DNA from: Octopus vulgaris | Taxonomy: Eukaryota | NCBI GenBank assembly: GCA_951406725.2 | Contig: OX597825.1 | Span: forward strand, 24,552,001 to 24,616,000 | Direction of reading: 5' to 3' | Length of the DNA stretch: 64,000 bases | In this document: in pieces, positions 39,800-53,930 of the stretch | Layout of the letters: the number at the start of each line of letters is the position of its first letter | Position numbering within the stretch: position 1 is the stretch's first letter | Program-made: the position numbers and the translations under genes | The notes under the pieces: model-generated | Told to the model about the DNA's origin: nothing | What the model saw: the letters and a program-made list of their open reading frames with translations, nothing else | Databases searched by the model: none

Positions 39800-40990
39800 A
39801 TTCAATGAAGTGGCTATTAATTCTTCCCTCTTTGCATTCTGTATTCAGCCTTCCATTCAATCAAGATAATGGTGTTACATGTAGTGTGATAACTCACTTC
39901 AAAGTGTTTGGCACCAACCTGCCCAAGATTGCCTTTGGTTCTATGGTACAAAATTTCTGTTTTAAAGAGATCTAAATTGAAATTCTCCAATAGAGTTCCT
40001 GCTAATTTATGTTTGCAGAATCACCTTAATAATAACAAAATTATTCTACTAAATTCTTTATTGTTTTTAAAATTAATTAAAAACAAAAACAGCATAATTC
40101 AGCAGAAATATGGAATTAAAAGGATTTTAGTGGATATTATTTGGGATCAGTTGCCCATGTCTTATCATTTCCTTCTAGGAACATCAGAGGGAACATTAAA
40201 AGATCATATGAAAACTGTAGATCCAATATTTGATAACATCCTTTTCAGAAAAGGAAAAAAAAAATTTATAATTTTTGGTGGGAAGTTTAAACAAATATTA
40301 ATTATAATCAAACTGGACAACAGATCAAAGATTACCACAGCCAGTTTTAATTATTCACCATTATGGGGACAGCTCAAAAAAAAAAAAAAATTGAGCTTAC
40401 AACAAAACAAAAAAAGATTGTAGCTAATAACATCTGGAAAATTCTAGAAGAAAAACAGCAAATTTAATTCAGCTGCTTCATACATTGTGCCGGAAATGGC
40501 ACAAAATCTGAAGAAACAAATGAAAAATTAAGCATGCAAGAGCAATAATGAAGTAGTTTGTGAGTTCTTGAACTTCATGTCTTCAATTATTCATTGAGAT
40601 GTCATACAAAAATGCTTTACTGTTCCTCCTACATGGTAGTTTTAGCTCAAAAAATCCCCATGCTTTAATGAAGTTGTTAGGAGATGGAATGATAATGTTT
40701 AATCATGATAAATGTCCAGATTAGGCTAATTCTTTCATAATTTACACTAGATTACCTAAATATCCTAAATGTATTGGGCTTGTGATCACATAGATGAAAA
40801 TTAATGAATAATGTTGTAATGATTCTTCTAAATATAACTGACCAAAGAAATGACATCCTTAATGTTATCCGTTCAATTATTCAAGAAATTACAACTTAAA
40901 TAATTAATGCAAAAATTACATTTTTATTAGGGGGGAGTGGTATTTATCAAAGGAAAATTGGATTTATTCCAAGAATCATCCTTTCTTCTG
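39800..40990 (+). mobile_element. Helitron PIF1-like helicase remnant, interrupted by a ~220-bp MITE-like insert (~39905-40130)
   Basis: LHSVFSLPFNQ..TC; IIWDQLPM (cf. IIWDEAPM); IIFGGKFKQIL (cf. GGDFRQIL); SPLW; FIPRIIL. Confidence 0.75.
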
Positions 40991-41974
40991 GAAAAATGGT
41001 TAAAATAGATGTAGTTGTGGATGTGTGGTTAAGAATTTTGCTACCCAACTAGTTGGTTCTGAGTTCAGTCCTCCTGTGTGGCACCTTTGGTAAATGTCTT
41101 CTATTATAGCCCTAGGTTAACCAAAGCCTTTTGAGGGGATTTGGCAAAATGAAAACTGGAAGCTAACCTTGCGTGTGTGTGTGTGTGATTGTATCTTTTT
41201 GTTCTTATATCGTGAGATCGTAGTCAATGAATTTCATTGATTTCCACTCTTCTATGGAAGCACATCTGGCTATGGGGAAATATTACCTTGCATGTAAACA
41301 GGCGAGGGCTGGTGACAGGAAGAGCATCCAACCATAGAAAAATCTTTTATAATAAACCAATAAAGTTGGGATCACCACTACTTTATTATCTCCCCTTCTT
41401 CCTAGCTCTCCTGTATGACCCCTCTGTCCGGCATTCGCGATGATAGATCACTACCCACTAAACCTTTTTTATTTTCTCTCCCTGTTTATTTCTGTGTTCC
41501 TTTCTGTTGAAGAGCGTAGGATTGAAACATTAAAGACTTTCTCACTTCCTGACCCTTGCTAGCATGGAAAAGTGGACGTTAAAACAATGATGATGATGAT
41601 GATAATTGATAAGGAAATGTGTCTTGTCAATATAAATGCTAACTCATCATGTCCCCAAGAAAATGTGAATCTTGGAATAAACAATATCTTCTTTGGATGA
41701 AGATTCCTCATAGCTTGGTGTGCGGATTCTGTGGACAAAGACTGACAGAAGCACATCATGTGTGTGTGTGTGCACGTGTGTGTGTGTGTGTATATGTGTG
41801 CTTGCATATGCATGTGTGTGTGCACATGTGTGTGTGCATATGCATGTGTGTGTGCACATGCATGTGTGTGTGCACCTGTGAATGTGTGTATGCACCCATG
41901 CATGCATGTATGTGTGTGTGTGGATGCATATGTGTGTGTATATGCTTGTGTAGCTGTCCCCCTTTAGACTCAAC

Positions 41975-42268
41975 TGTTGCAAAGTAGGTTCCTCCCACTG
42001 ATGTGATGTGTGACTGCCATTGTACTATAGTTATGGTTTTACACTAGTAGCCAGAATAGTTACTAGTCATCAGATACCGTTGTATCTCTTAATACCGGAA
42101 TAGTAATACACTAACTTCTTCTGTCTTACTATCGCTGATAGCTCCACAAGACACTGACTAGAACTGTCAACTCTCGACCCTCTCTTGATGATCAGCTGCT
42201 GGTGTATTTATAATGGCTGGCTCCAACTACTTTTTTCTGGGTGGGGTATATAGTTTCACTATACAACA
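41975..42268 (-). mobile_element. Solo LTR (294 bp)
   Basis: TGTTG...CAACA termini; flanks tcaac/ttgac fit a CpG-decayed 5-bp TSD TCGAC; TATAAATA on the minus strand. Confidence 0.65.
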
Positions 42269-43358
42269 TTGACGTTGCATGATGGTTGTAAACAAGCATT
42301 GTTCATTTCCAGTCTTCTGTGAAAAACCCTCTTTTGCTCTTGGGGAAGGAAATATTCAGTTGTTTTTGGGAACAAATGAGGGTTAGTGACAGGAGAAGCA
42401 TCTAGCTGTGAAAAAAAGTACCTCGACGAATTCTGTCAGACACATGCAAGCATGGCAAAGAAGACTTTTAAAGAGGATGACAATGATGACAATAACAATG
42501 AGATGATTATAATGATCATGATAACGTTAACAATGATTATGATGATGATGACGACGATGATGATGATGACAATGAGGAGGAGGAGCAGGAGGAGAAGGAG
42601 GAGGAGGAGAAGCAGGAGCAGGGGAAGTAGGCACAGGAGGAGAAGCAGGAGCAGGAGGAGGAGGAGGATGAGGATGAAGACATTGATGATGCTGATGATG
42701 ATGGTGACGGTGTAGAGGAGCAGGAGCAGAAGGAAGAGGAAAGGGAGGATGAAGACATTGATGATGCTGATGATGACGCTGATGATGATGATGAGGATGA
42801 TGATGATGATGATGATGATGGCAGTGATGATATATGCAGGCTATCACATCTTGTCCCTTATCACAACTACATACACACACATGCATATAATCACATATAC
42901 AAATCACATGCACACACACACACACACACACATACACACACACACACACACATACACACAGACGCATACACACTCTCATGCACACACTCTCATGCACCAT
43001 GAATCATAAACCAGTCTAATTTCATAATTATGTCCACCCACCTGTGCCCCCACACCGCCACCACCTCTACAAACGTAATTATTTTTAAACAATTGCCTGA
43101 ACAGACATTTACTTCGAACTTAAACTCTCTTTACAGTTTATATAATTCCTCTCGAAAGTCGCCAAAATGGTCAAAAGCATTGGAAGATTAGACAGTGTAG
43201 GTCATGAGGGGCCCATATATATTTACACATACACACACATGTATACATTCAAACTCTCTCTCTCTCTTAAACCCTCCTGCTCTCCATCTCTCTGTCTCTC
43301 TCTCCCCCTCTCTCTGTCTCTCAGCAGTTCAATAGATCAAAGGCAGCCTGGAGGCTGG

Positions 43359-43446
<88 letters not shown>

Positions 43447-43957
43447 ATATATAGTTATATATGTTTATATGCGTATATGTATATATATATATAAAAATCG
43501 TAATATCAAAGAGGATATATATTAAATTATACACTCTTGACAAATGACAAATGTATATATAAATCAGAAGAATCGTGCAATCTTTATAAAATTATATCTA
43601 AAAGAATTTATATTGTGCTGCTTTGCAGTAGTAGTAGTAGCAGCAGCAGCAGTAGCTGCGGCGGTGGTTGTTGTTATTGTTATTGTTGTTGTAGTGGTGG
43701 TGGTGGTGGTGGTGGTGGTGGCTATTGTGATCATTCAATTATTTTTATTAATATTTTAGTAAGAAACAAAAGCAGCAAGCTGGTAGAATTGTTAGCACAC
43801 TGGAAAAATTGGTTAGCGACATTTCTTCTAACTTTAGATTCTGATTTCTAGATCAGTAATATAAGTACCAGTTGAACACAGGGGTCAATGTAATTGACGT
43901 ATCCCCTTCCTCAAATTTTCTGGCCTTGTGCCAAAATTTGAAACCAATATTTTGCAT

Positions 43958-44462
43958 ACAGATGAGGACAGCTGCATAAGGAAGTGTCAAGCTCTAATTA
44001 TGGCGGGTACCTATTTCTTTACTACCCACAAGGGGCTAAACACAGAAGGGACAAACACGGACAGACAAACGGATTAAGTTGATTACATCAACCCCAGTGT
44101 GTAACTGGTACTTAATTTATCGACCCCAAAACGATGAAAGGCAAAATCAACCTCGGCGGAATTTGAACTCAGAACATAACAGCAGACGAAATACGGCTAT
44201 GCATTTTGCCCAGCATGCTAACGTTTCCGCCAGCTCGCCGCCTAATTATGGAGGGTACCTGTGGAAGGAGCAGACCTAAGAAGACGTGGGACAAAGTAGT
44301 AAGAAAGGATCTTTGGCTGCTGGGCCTCACTGAAGAAATGATAAGGGATCAGGAGGTGTAGTGATTTGCTGTATTTGCTGATAAGACATGTCAAGCTAAA
44401 TAAAATCGCTCTCTTCCACACATACAGGCTTGGCCTTTCAGATGCTGGTGCCACTTAAAAAG
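43958..44462 (+). mobile_element. RTE LINE 3' end split by a minus-strand family B SINE (~44012-44241)
   Basis: DEDSCIRKCQAL..EGTCGRSRPKKTWDKVVRKDL; TSD ctaattatgg(c/a)gggtacct. Confidence 0.85.
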
Positions 44463-45769
44463 TATGTGTGTGTGTGTGTGTATGTGTGCGTTTATCCCCC
44501 CAGAATTGCTTGACAACTGATGCTGGTGTGTTTACGTCTCCGTACCTTAGTGGTTCGTCAAAAGAGACCGATGGAATACGTACTAGGCTTACAAAGCTTA
44601 AGTCCTGGGGGCGATTTGCACAACTAAAGGCGGTGCTCCAGCATGGCCACAGTCAAATCACTGGAACAAGTAAAAGAATGTGCCTACCCATTCCTACATG
44701 AATATATGCCAGACCCCCTACCTATATATATATATATAGAAACACTGCAGATATAGCCCTGGCTTCCCAGACCCGTAACCGTCCACCCGTGCTACGCGGA
44801 CAGACGTTAAACGATATATATGATGATGATGATGATACACACACATATATTTATATCAATGTATCTGCATAAGTGTGATTTTAAGTGCATGTGTATTTGA
44901 TCAATTCTCCAAATCAATATTTATTTAATCACATGTGAAATTAATCTAGTCAAACATTAAACATCAGTTCTCTTTTATGATAATTGCTAGCTGCAATTTA
45001 ATAAAGTTTAGGTATTGTTGTTATAATTCCTCCTGCTTTGGATTCAGTTTTTAATTTAAGAATGTTTTTGCTTTTGTTTTTCAAAATTTCATTTCTACCA
45101 TTTTTGTTTTATCAAGTATTTTCCACTTTCTCAGTCCTGAAGGCATTTTTGCAGAATATAAAACAAACAATATATACACTGAATGAGTGGAAGAGTCGGG
45201 GGGTATATTTTGCAATAGAGCAATCTCAATAAATGTGTAGGCTTTGCACTATATCTTAACAATGTGCACTTACTTTATTTCTTTATTCTTAGATACATTA
45301 TTATCATAGCAAATATGGTAGTTGGTTGATAAACAGTATTTTGATGAACAATAATCTACTGAATAGCCTGATAAACAAACCTATGATAAACGATACTTGT
45401 AATAGATAATACTATAAAATATGTGTTGAGGGTTGTATGAGCAACTCTTGGAGTCATAATAACATTGTTATATCAAGTGAAAAGTAAGCTCTTATAATCA
45501 TTGATTGATCCACTGAACAGGACAGGTAAATTGGTCTGTCAAAAGTCTGTATTACAAAAAAAATTCTGTATTTTTTATCTTTTAATTGTTTCATTCACTG
45601 GACTGTGGTCAAGCTTCAGCACCACTTTGTAAGATTTTTAGCCAAACAAGCTGCCCCCAATCCTTATTGTTTTAACCCAGGTACTTATTACATTGGTCTC
45701 TATTGACAAACTGCTATGTCAGAGAAATGGAAACCGACACCAGTTGTATGCATGCATGTATGTATGTTT

Positions 45770-46180
45770 ATTCTCTTACTCTTTAGTTTTTTTTACCTGT
45801 TTGAGTCATTTGACTGCGACCATGCTGGAGCACCACATTTAATTGAATGAATTAGCACCAGGACTTATTCTTTGTAAGCCTAGGATTTTTTCTATTGGAC
45901 TCTTTTGGCTGAACCCTTAAGTTACGGGGATGTAAACATACTAACATCGGCTGTCAAGTGATGCTGATAGGAAAAACACTGACACACAAAGATATACATA
46001 CGTATATATACATATATATATATGACAGGCTTCTTTCAGTTTCCGTCTACCAAATCCACTCACGAGGCTTTGGTGGGCCCAGGGCTACAGTAGAATACAC
46101 TTGCCCAAGGTGCCTCGCAGTGGGACTGAACCTGGAACCATGTGGTTGTGAAGCAAGCTTCTTACCACACAGCCCCGCCT
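45770..46180 (-). mobile_element. SINE family A
   Basis: Colinear copy. Confidence 0.85.
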
Positions 46181-46411
46181 GGATATGTATATGTATATGT
46201 GCATGTATATATCTATGTATTTGGATTTGAATAGAAGGTTAGGTTCTTTTGCCTTTCATATTCTTAAGGTCAATAAAGTAAGTATATGCTGAACACTGGG
46301 ATCCATGTAAATAGCTTGAAATTGCTGGCCTTGTGCCAAAATGTTTGAAACCAATATTATTTTCCATTGTTGCCAACACCAGAAATAACTTTCATAGTGA
46401 TAAATACATCT

Positions 46412-46826
46412 ATTTCTTTACTACCCACAAGGGGCTAAACACAGAGAGGACAAACAAGGACAGACAAACGTATTAAGTCGATTGTATCGACCCCAGTGCG
46501 TAACTGGTACTTAATTTATCGACCCCAAAAGGATGAAAGGCAAAGTCGACCTCGGCGGAATTTGAACTCAGAACGTAAACACAGACAAAATACCTATTTC
46601 TTTACTACCCACAAGGAGCTAAACACAGAGAGGACAAACAAGGACAGACAAAGGGATTAAGTCGTTTACATCGACCCCAGTGCGTAACTGGTACTTAATT
46701 TATCGACCCCGAAAGGATGAAAGGGAAAGTCGACCTCGGCGGAATTTGAACTCAGAACGTAACGGCAGATAAAATACGGCTACGCATTTTGCCCGGCGTG
46801 CTAACGTTTCTACCAGCTCGCCGCCT
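46412..46826 (-). mobile_element. SINE family B dimer, young, with 14-bp TSD
   Basis: TSD tgataaatacatct at 46398-46411 and 46827-46840; CpGs intact. Confidence 0.92.
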
Positions 46827-47441
46827 TGATAAATACATCTGTTTCGGAAATCAAGAGTTAACTAACATATTTACTTGACTGAGCAGACAAAGAAAGGAAG
46901 GGACACAACTCCTGACATGATGAAATTTATTGTAATAAATCGAAGACCGAGCTTCTTATTCTTGCAGAGAGAAAGAAGTCTGATGGAAGTTAATAAACAA
47001 TTTGAGTCATTAATTTTCTAGGTCAAAGTGATTATGGCTTAAGTTCCTCCTTTAGGCTGTAAATCACCAACAGAGACAAGACAGTGGCCGTCAATATAAT
47101 CTGTGATCCAAAACCCTTGTGGCAATATCTATGCGGCTACTTCAATTGAAATGCTTCTAAATTAACAAGAATACTTTGGTATTCTGTTCATTGCCAATTA
47201 AATTTGTAATACTTGAATGCTACTTCTACACTATGATTATATTTCTCATTCATTCACGTGAATTTCTCTATTACCATATGTGACATTCGATATAATCCAG
47301 TTGTTGGGACTGGCTGTGTTGGAAATTAATACAACAACGCTCTCTATATCAAGACAATTATATCCACAGAAATTAATTGTGGTACCATTGATTTAATGGC
47401 AGATACAGGTAGAGTAAAAAGAAAAAAAACAACCTCTCTCA

Positions 47442-47473
<32 letters not shown>

Positions 47474-47503
47474 TTCCTTACAGACTACTGGTATATATAT
47501 ATA

Positions 47504-47874
47504 AGTATTTTCGTCTGCCGTTACGTTCTGAGTTCAAATTCCACCAAGGTCGACTTTGCCTTTCATCCTTTCGGGGTAGATAAATTAAATACCAGTTACG
47601 CACTGGGGTCGATATAATCGACTTAATCCCTTTGTCTGTCCTTGTTTGTCCTCTCTGTGTTTAGCCCCTTGTGGGTAGTAAAGAAATAGGTATTTCGTCT
47701 GCCGTTATGTTCTGAGTTCAAATTCCACCGAGGTCGACTTTGCCTTTCATCCTTTCGGGGTTGATAAATTAAGTACCAGTTACGCCCTGGGGTCGATGTA
47801 ATCGACTTAATCCGTTTGTCTGTCCTTGTTTGTCCTCTCTGTGTTTAGCCCCTTGTGGGCAGTAAATAAATAGG
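47504..47874 (+). mobile_element. SINE family B dimer, headless
   Basis: Both monomers begin at gtattt(t)cgtctgccgtta. Confidence 0.9.
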
Positions 47875-47888
47875 TATATATATATATA

Positions 47889-48271
47889 TCTCTCTATATA
47901 AACGGCAGTTTGTCTGTGTGTGTTTCTGTGTGTCTGTCAGGTTGTACCCTCACCCTGACCACTGCTTTCAACCGATTCTGATGAAACTTGACACACACAT
48001 AGCCCAATGTCATAATTCAAAACTAACGCAGCGAAAATTTTGAAAAGTTCCCCCAGTTCTGAAAAAAATCAATAAATCGACATGGGGTCGAGAATCAGAA
48101 ACACAAACCACAGACTGTCTAGGGGACGCAACTCGACCTTTTTTAACTCTCAAAAAAAAATTTACCATCATCTTTTTTCTATTTTTTTGCTATTTTTTGG
48201 CTATAACTCTCTAAAAATGCTTTATAGTTATTTCCCTTACAAACCTGAGCAACGCCGGGCGATACTGCTAG
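47889..48271 (+). mobile_element. Non-autonomous Helitron
   Basis: 5' TC, gtct/gtgt microsatellite, accgattctgatgaaacttg motif, subterminal hairpin cctgagcaacgccggg, 3' CTAG, A|T target. Confidence 0.8.
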
Positions 48272-48289
48272 TATATATATAAGTATATC

Positions 48290-48514
48290 TTTTTTATTCT
48301 TTTATTCTTTAATCTGTTTCCATCATCTAACTGCTGCCATGCTGGAGCACCACCTTTCGTCAAAGAAATCAACCCCAGGATTTATTCTTTGTAAACCTGG
48401 TACTTATTCTATTGGTCTCATATGCTGAACTGCTAAGTTATGGGGGACATAAACACACCGATATCAGTTGTCAAACAACGGTGGTGGTGTGGACAAACAC
48501 AAACACTCACACAC

Positions 48515-48559
<45 letters not shown>

Positions 48560-48716
48560 ATATGGGCTTCTTTCAGTTTCCATCTACCAAATCCACTCAC
48601 AAGGCTTTGGTCGGCCCGAGGCTATAGTAGAAGACACTTGCCCAAGGTGCCACGCAATGGGACTGAACCCAGAACCATAAGGCTGGTAAGCAAGCTATTT
48701 ACCACACAGCCACTCA
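48290..48716 (-). mobile_element. SINE family A
   Basis: Colinear copy. Confidence 0.85.
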
Positions 48717-48749
48717 TTATATATATGCATACATATATATACATACACA

Positions 48750-48785
<36 letters not shown>

Positions 48786-49149
48786 AGGTATTCAAATTTT
48801 TCCTATTGTTCAGCAATGGTGATCTGGTAGTACTGTTAGTGCGCTAGATATAATGGTTAGTGGCATCTTGTTTGTCTTCACGTTCTGAGTTCAAATTACG
48901 TCTAGGTCAACCTTGCCTTTTATCCTTTCAGGGCCGATAAAATAAGTACCAGTTGAATACTGGGGTCGATGTAATTGACATAAACCCACTCTCAATATTG
49001 CTGGCCTTGTGCCAAAATGTGAAAGCAAGGCAGTGAACTCTTCTCTTGTCCCTCTTCACATTCTGAGTTCAAATTCTGCTGAGGTTGACTTTCAGGTTTT
49101 GTGTCTAAAGTAGGAAGGATTATTATTGCTGTTGTTGCTGTTGCTGTTG

Positions 49150-49263
49150 TCCTTATTGTTATTGTTGTTGTTCTTCTTCTTCTTCAATTTCTTCAATTTC
49201 TTCTTCTACTTCAAATTCTTCTTCTTCTTCTTCTACTTCTTCTATTTCTTCTTCTTCTACTTC

Positions 49264-49295
<32 letters not shown>

Positions 49296-49405
49296 CTTCT
49301 TCTTCTTCTTCTTCTTCTTCTTCTTCTTCTTCTTCTTCTTCTTCTTCTTCTTCTTCTTCTTCTTCTTCTTCTTCTTCTTCTTCTTCTTCTTCTTCTTCTT
49401 CTTCC

Positions 49406-49436
<31 letters not shown>

Positions 49437-49596
49437 CTTCTTCTTCTTCCTCTTCCATTTCTTCTTCTCTTCCTCTTCCATTTCTTCTTCTTCTTCTTCT
49501 TCTTCTTCTTCTTCTTCTTCTTCTTCTTCTTCTTCTTCTTCTTCTTCTTCTTCTTCTTCTTCTTCTTCTACTTCTTCTTCTTCTTCTTCTTCTTCT
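49150..49596. repeat. (TTC)n microsatellite, ~445 bp
   Basis: Direct reading. Confidence 0.95.
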
Positions 49597-50207
49597 TGCT
49601 GTCGCTATTTATGTATTCATCTGTTTTGCTAATTTATTTGTTTATCTCTCAGCTTATTTATTCATTTATATTTCTGTTTTTTTTTTATATTCTAGTTTCA
49701 TTTTCGTTTTTTTTTTTTTTCTTCTATAAAAACTATCTGCACATGACTGTTGAAGCTTATCATAGTTTATGAAGCATTAATCAGGGTCAAAATACATCAA
49801 TCACCACCACCACCACCACCATCCCTACTTTCACAACTCCTCCTTGTCTGAAGGTGGAGTTGTGATGACATTGATTTATTGTCGGTCATCTATTTCTTTC
49901 GTTTTTGGTTTTTATTTACTCTCTGTGGAACAATTTTCATCTCAACACTACATCATTCCACCATCACAAAATTCTTTGTTGTTTATAACACTTAACTCTA
50001 CATGTAAGTTGTGTCTATTTACAGCCAGGTAGCCTGAGTAATCGAGGTATTAGCTATTCTTTCGTTTTGAAATTCGGCTTTCCACTAGGGTCTACTTTGT
50101 CTTTCATTCCCTTTTTGGGGGGGTCAGTACAATAAGTGCCAGTTGGTCCCTGGGGTTAATGTAATCAACTAGCTCCAACATCACCATCATCATCGTCATC
50201 GTCATCG

Positions 50208-50247
<40 letters not shown>

Positions 50248-50335
50248 TTTCATCATCATCATCATCATCATCATCGTCGTCATCGTCGTCATCATCATCA
50301 TCATCATCGTCATCATCATCATCGTCATCATCATT

Positions 50336-50371
<36 letters not shown>

Positions 50372-50372
50372 G

Positions 50373-50456
<84 letters not shown>

Positions 50457-51127
50457 CCATCATCATTTAACGTCCGTTTTTCTATGCTGTAATGGGTTGG
50501 ATGGCTTGACTGAAAACTGGCAAGCTGGGGGTGGGTGGAGCAGTGGGGGGTACTTAAGGTTCCAATCTGATTTGGTATGGTATCTACAGATGGATGCCCT
50601 TCCTTATGCCAACCACTCCAAGCGTGTTGTGGGTGCTTTTTTTTATGTGCCACCAGCATGGGAGCCAGTTACAAAAACGCCCCACCCATAGATTTGAGGC
50701 TTTGGGTCTACAATAAAAAGTTAGCATGCTGGACGAAATAGTTTGTGGCATTTTTTTCAGCTTTGCATTCTGAGTTCAAATGCTGGCTTTACTATTCATC
50801 CTTTCAGGGTCCGTAAAATAAGTACCACTTGGACTTGGGGTGGTTAGGGGTCAATGTAATCAATCGTCTCTCCTTTAAAATTGTTGAGATCCTGCCAGAA
50901 TTTGTAGTCATTAAATCATCATCATCATCATTATCTGTTATCCATGCTGGCATGGGTCAAATGGTTTGAGTGAGGTTTGGAAAGCCAGAGGCTGCACCAG
51001 GCTCCAATCTGATCTGGGAATGTTTCTACAGCTGGATGCCCTTCCTAATGCCAACCACTCTGAGAGTGTAGTGGGTGCTTTTTACATGCCACCAGCACAG
51101 GTGCCAGTCAGGTGGCCCTAGCATCAA

Positions 51128-51164
<37 letters not shown>

Positions 51165-51870
51165 CATTGTCATTTACTTTTAATCTGCATGTTTGATGCA
51201 ATCACCTGCCGGGGCACACCCAGCGCCCTAGGGCAAGTGAAGGTTAAGAGTTGTTGAAATATAGCTGAAAGCTTGGGGAGGGGAAGTAGAGAAATATCTC
51301 CATGTAATACAAACACAAACATTTACATTGATAGGGTTTTTCTAAGGATGTGGGCAGTACTTGTTAGCACAATCTTTTGGATTTCCTTGAGACATGGTTT
51401 TCCAGGGATATTGTCTAGGTGTTTCTGACATCCCTTTTTTATCATACCTAGGGCACCTACAATAACAGGAACAGTTTTTGTTTTAAGATTCCACATCCTC
51501 TGTATTTCGATTTCCAGGTCCTTATATTTACTAAGTTTGTCAAATTCCTTGACAGATACATTTTTATCAGTGGGGACGCTTACTTCTATTAGTCTGCAGG
51601 TATTTTCTTCCCTGTCTTTAACAATTATGTCTGGTCGATTAGCCTTGATCGTTCTGTCAGTGTTGACTGGAAAATCCCAGAGGATGGTGACATCTTTACC
51701 TTCAACAACTGGCTGAGGATGGTGTTCATACCAGTTAGCAGGAGTGTCGGATTTGTAGTGTTTACATATCTTCCAATGTATATACTGTCCTACCCTATCG
51801 TGGCGATTTTTGTATTCGTTTGGTGTCAGCACAGGACATCCCGAAACGAGATGGTCTATTGTTTCGTCAA
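51165..51870 (-). mobile_element. R4/Dong LINE 3' fragment with intact REL endonuclease frame, in (TAA)n
   Basis: ETIDHLVSGC, RHD, RPDIIV..LIEVSVP, KLSKY, VIVGALG; stop at 51323; 3'UTR followed by (TAA)n; 5'-truncated. Confidence 0.92.
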
Positions 51871-51891
51871 ATTATTATTATTATTATTATG

Positions 51892-51927
<36 letters not shown>

Positions 51928-51954
51928 GTTATTATTATTATTATTGTTACTACA

Positions 51955-51998
<44 letters not shown>

Positions 51999-53053
51999 CG
52001 CCACCACCACCACCACCATCACCACCACCATCATCATCATCATCATCATCATTATTGTTATTATTATTATTGTTATTATTATTATCAATAAGGTGATGGG
52101 CTGGCAGAATTATAAACATACTGGATGAAATGCATGGTTGGCATTTTGTTGATCTTCATGTTCTGAGTTCAAATTCCACTGAGGGTGACTTTGCCTTTCA
52201 TCCTTTCAGGGTCAATAAAATAAGTACCAGTAATGTGCTGTGGTTGATGTAGTCAACTAGCCCCTCACCACAAAATTTCAGGCCTTGTGCCTATAGTAGA
52301 AAGGATTATTCTTACTATTGTCATTATTCCTATTATTATTGTTGTTGTTGTTGTTATTATGTTTGTTGTTGTTATTATTTCTGTTGTTGTTATTGCTGTT
52401 GTTATTATTATTATTGTTATTATTATTATTGTTGTTATTGTTGTTGTTGTTGTTATTATTATTATTATTATCATCACCATTATTGTTATTATTAAGGGTG
52501 GAGGGTTGCCAGTATTGTTAGGGCATCAGAAAGAAAATCGAGGTATATCTTCTAGTTCTTTTACATTCTGAGTTCAATTCCCACTGAGGTGAACTTTGCC
52601 TTTTGTCCTTTGGGGTGTCATTAGAATAAATTACCACTCAAACACTGGGGTTGATGTAACTCACTAATCCCACTCCCCCAAAACTGTTGCTCTTGCACCA
52701 AAATTTGAAATCATTATCATCATCATCATCATAATCATCATCATCACCCTCATCACCATCATCATTGTCATCATAACCATCATCACCATTATTATTATTA
52801 TTTCATCATCATCATCATCATCATCATCAATGGAAAGAGCTGGTAGAACCATTAGAGAGACTGAAAAAATGTTGTGGCCTTTTTTTACATTCTGAGTAGA
52901 ATTCAAGCTAAGGTCATCCTTCCACAGTTTGATAAAATAAAATACCAGTCATGCACTGGGGTGATGGTATCAAAAAATCCCCCTCTCCTCAAAATTACTA
53001 ACCTTGTTTCTATATCAGAAAATATTTGTTACTGTTGCTGTTGCTGTTGCTGT

Positions 53054-53420
53054 TGAGCAAAGCGGTCTTCGTCCCAGAGCTCGCAAGATGGGAGAAGTCC
53101 AAAACGTGGTCCTTTGCTATTCGTAAGACCCGCAGAAGAGAAAGCAGGTCAACCCCCGACACCGAGAGCATCGCCGGATGGGTGAATGCGCATCCAGGAT
53201 CAGCGGTTGCGTAGGAAGTCGGGGACATGAAACAGGAAGAAAGAGTGAGAGAACGTTGGGGCGAAAGAGTACAACAGGGGTCGCCACCACCCCCTGCCAG
53301 AGCCTCATGGAGCTTTTAGGTGTTTTCGCTCAATAAACACACACAACGCCCTGTCTGGGAATCGAAACCGCAATCCTCCGACTGCGAGTCTGCTGCCCTA
53401 ACCATTGGGCCATTGCAACT
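53054..53420 (-). mobile_element. tRNA(Arg)-like SINE family E, tail type 1, ending in (CAACAG)n
   Basis: Head tggcccaatggttagggcagcagactcgcagtc..ggtttcgattccc shared with 62880-63187. Confidence 0.8.
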
Positions 53421-53679
53421 CCACTGCTGTTACTGTTGCTTATGTTGCTGTTTTTGTTGTCATTGTTGTTGTTATTGTTATTGCTACTGTTTTTGTTGCA
53501 GTTATTGCTGCTGCTTGTGTTATTGTTGTTATTGGTTTTGCAGTTGTTCTTGTTATTGTTGTTGTTATCGTCATTCATGTCCATGTTGTTATTGTTATAC
53601 ACAGCCAGCTTTGTCCGTCTTACATCATAAAGCATTAAATACAAACCCGGAAAACAAACTTTAAAATGCCGAAGACCAA

Positions 53680-53930
53680 CAAATGCTACGTCTGAATGCT
53701 GTAACAATATTTACAGATAGTCATTCAGCTATTTTTCTGGAGCATCACATTGTATATCCTTTTGTCAGTGTCTTTACAGAAATGGTTGTGTATCATTCCT
53801 CTTGTACTAATTACAAACTGGATGATTGACACATTCTTTAACTTCCAAAATGGTTTTAATTCAGCAGCTAAGCCAGTGTAATTCCTTGGTTTCGCTGCTC
53901 GGTTCTGCACAATGTTAAAACCATTTCATG
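53680..53930 (-). mobile_element. Old REL-endonuclease LINE C-terminal remnant
   Basis: AAKPRNYTGLAAELKPFWKLKNVSIIQFVISTRG resembles the KxxKY..L..E...W..V...VI motif. Confidence 0.55.

Noticed and set aside
44990-45150. Tc1-like transposase start on the minus strand
   Set aside because: Too degraded; no diagnostic motif or TIR found
47976-47990. ctgatgaaac as a hammerhead core
   Set aside because: No stem II or stem III; it is part of the Helitron motif
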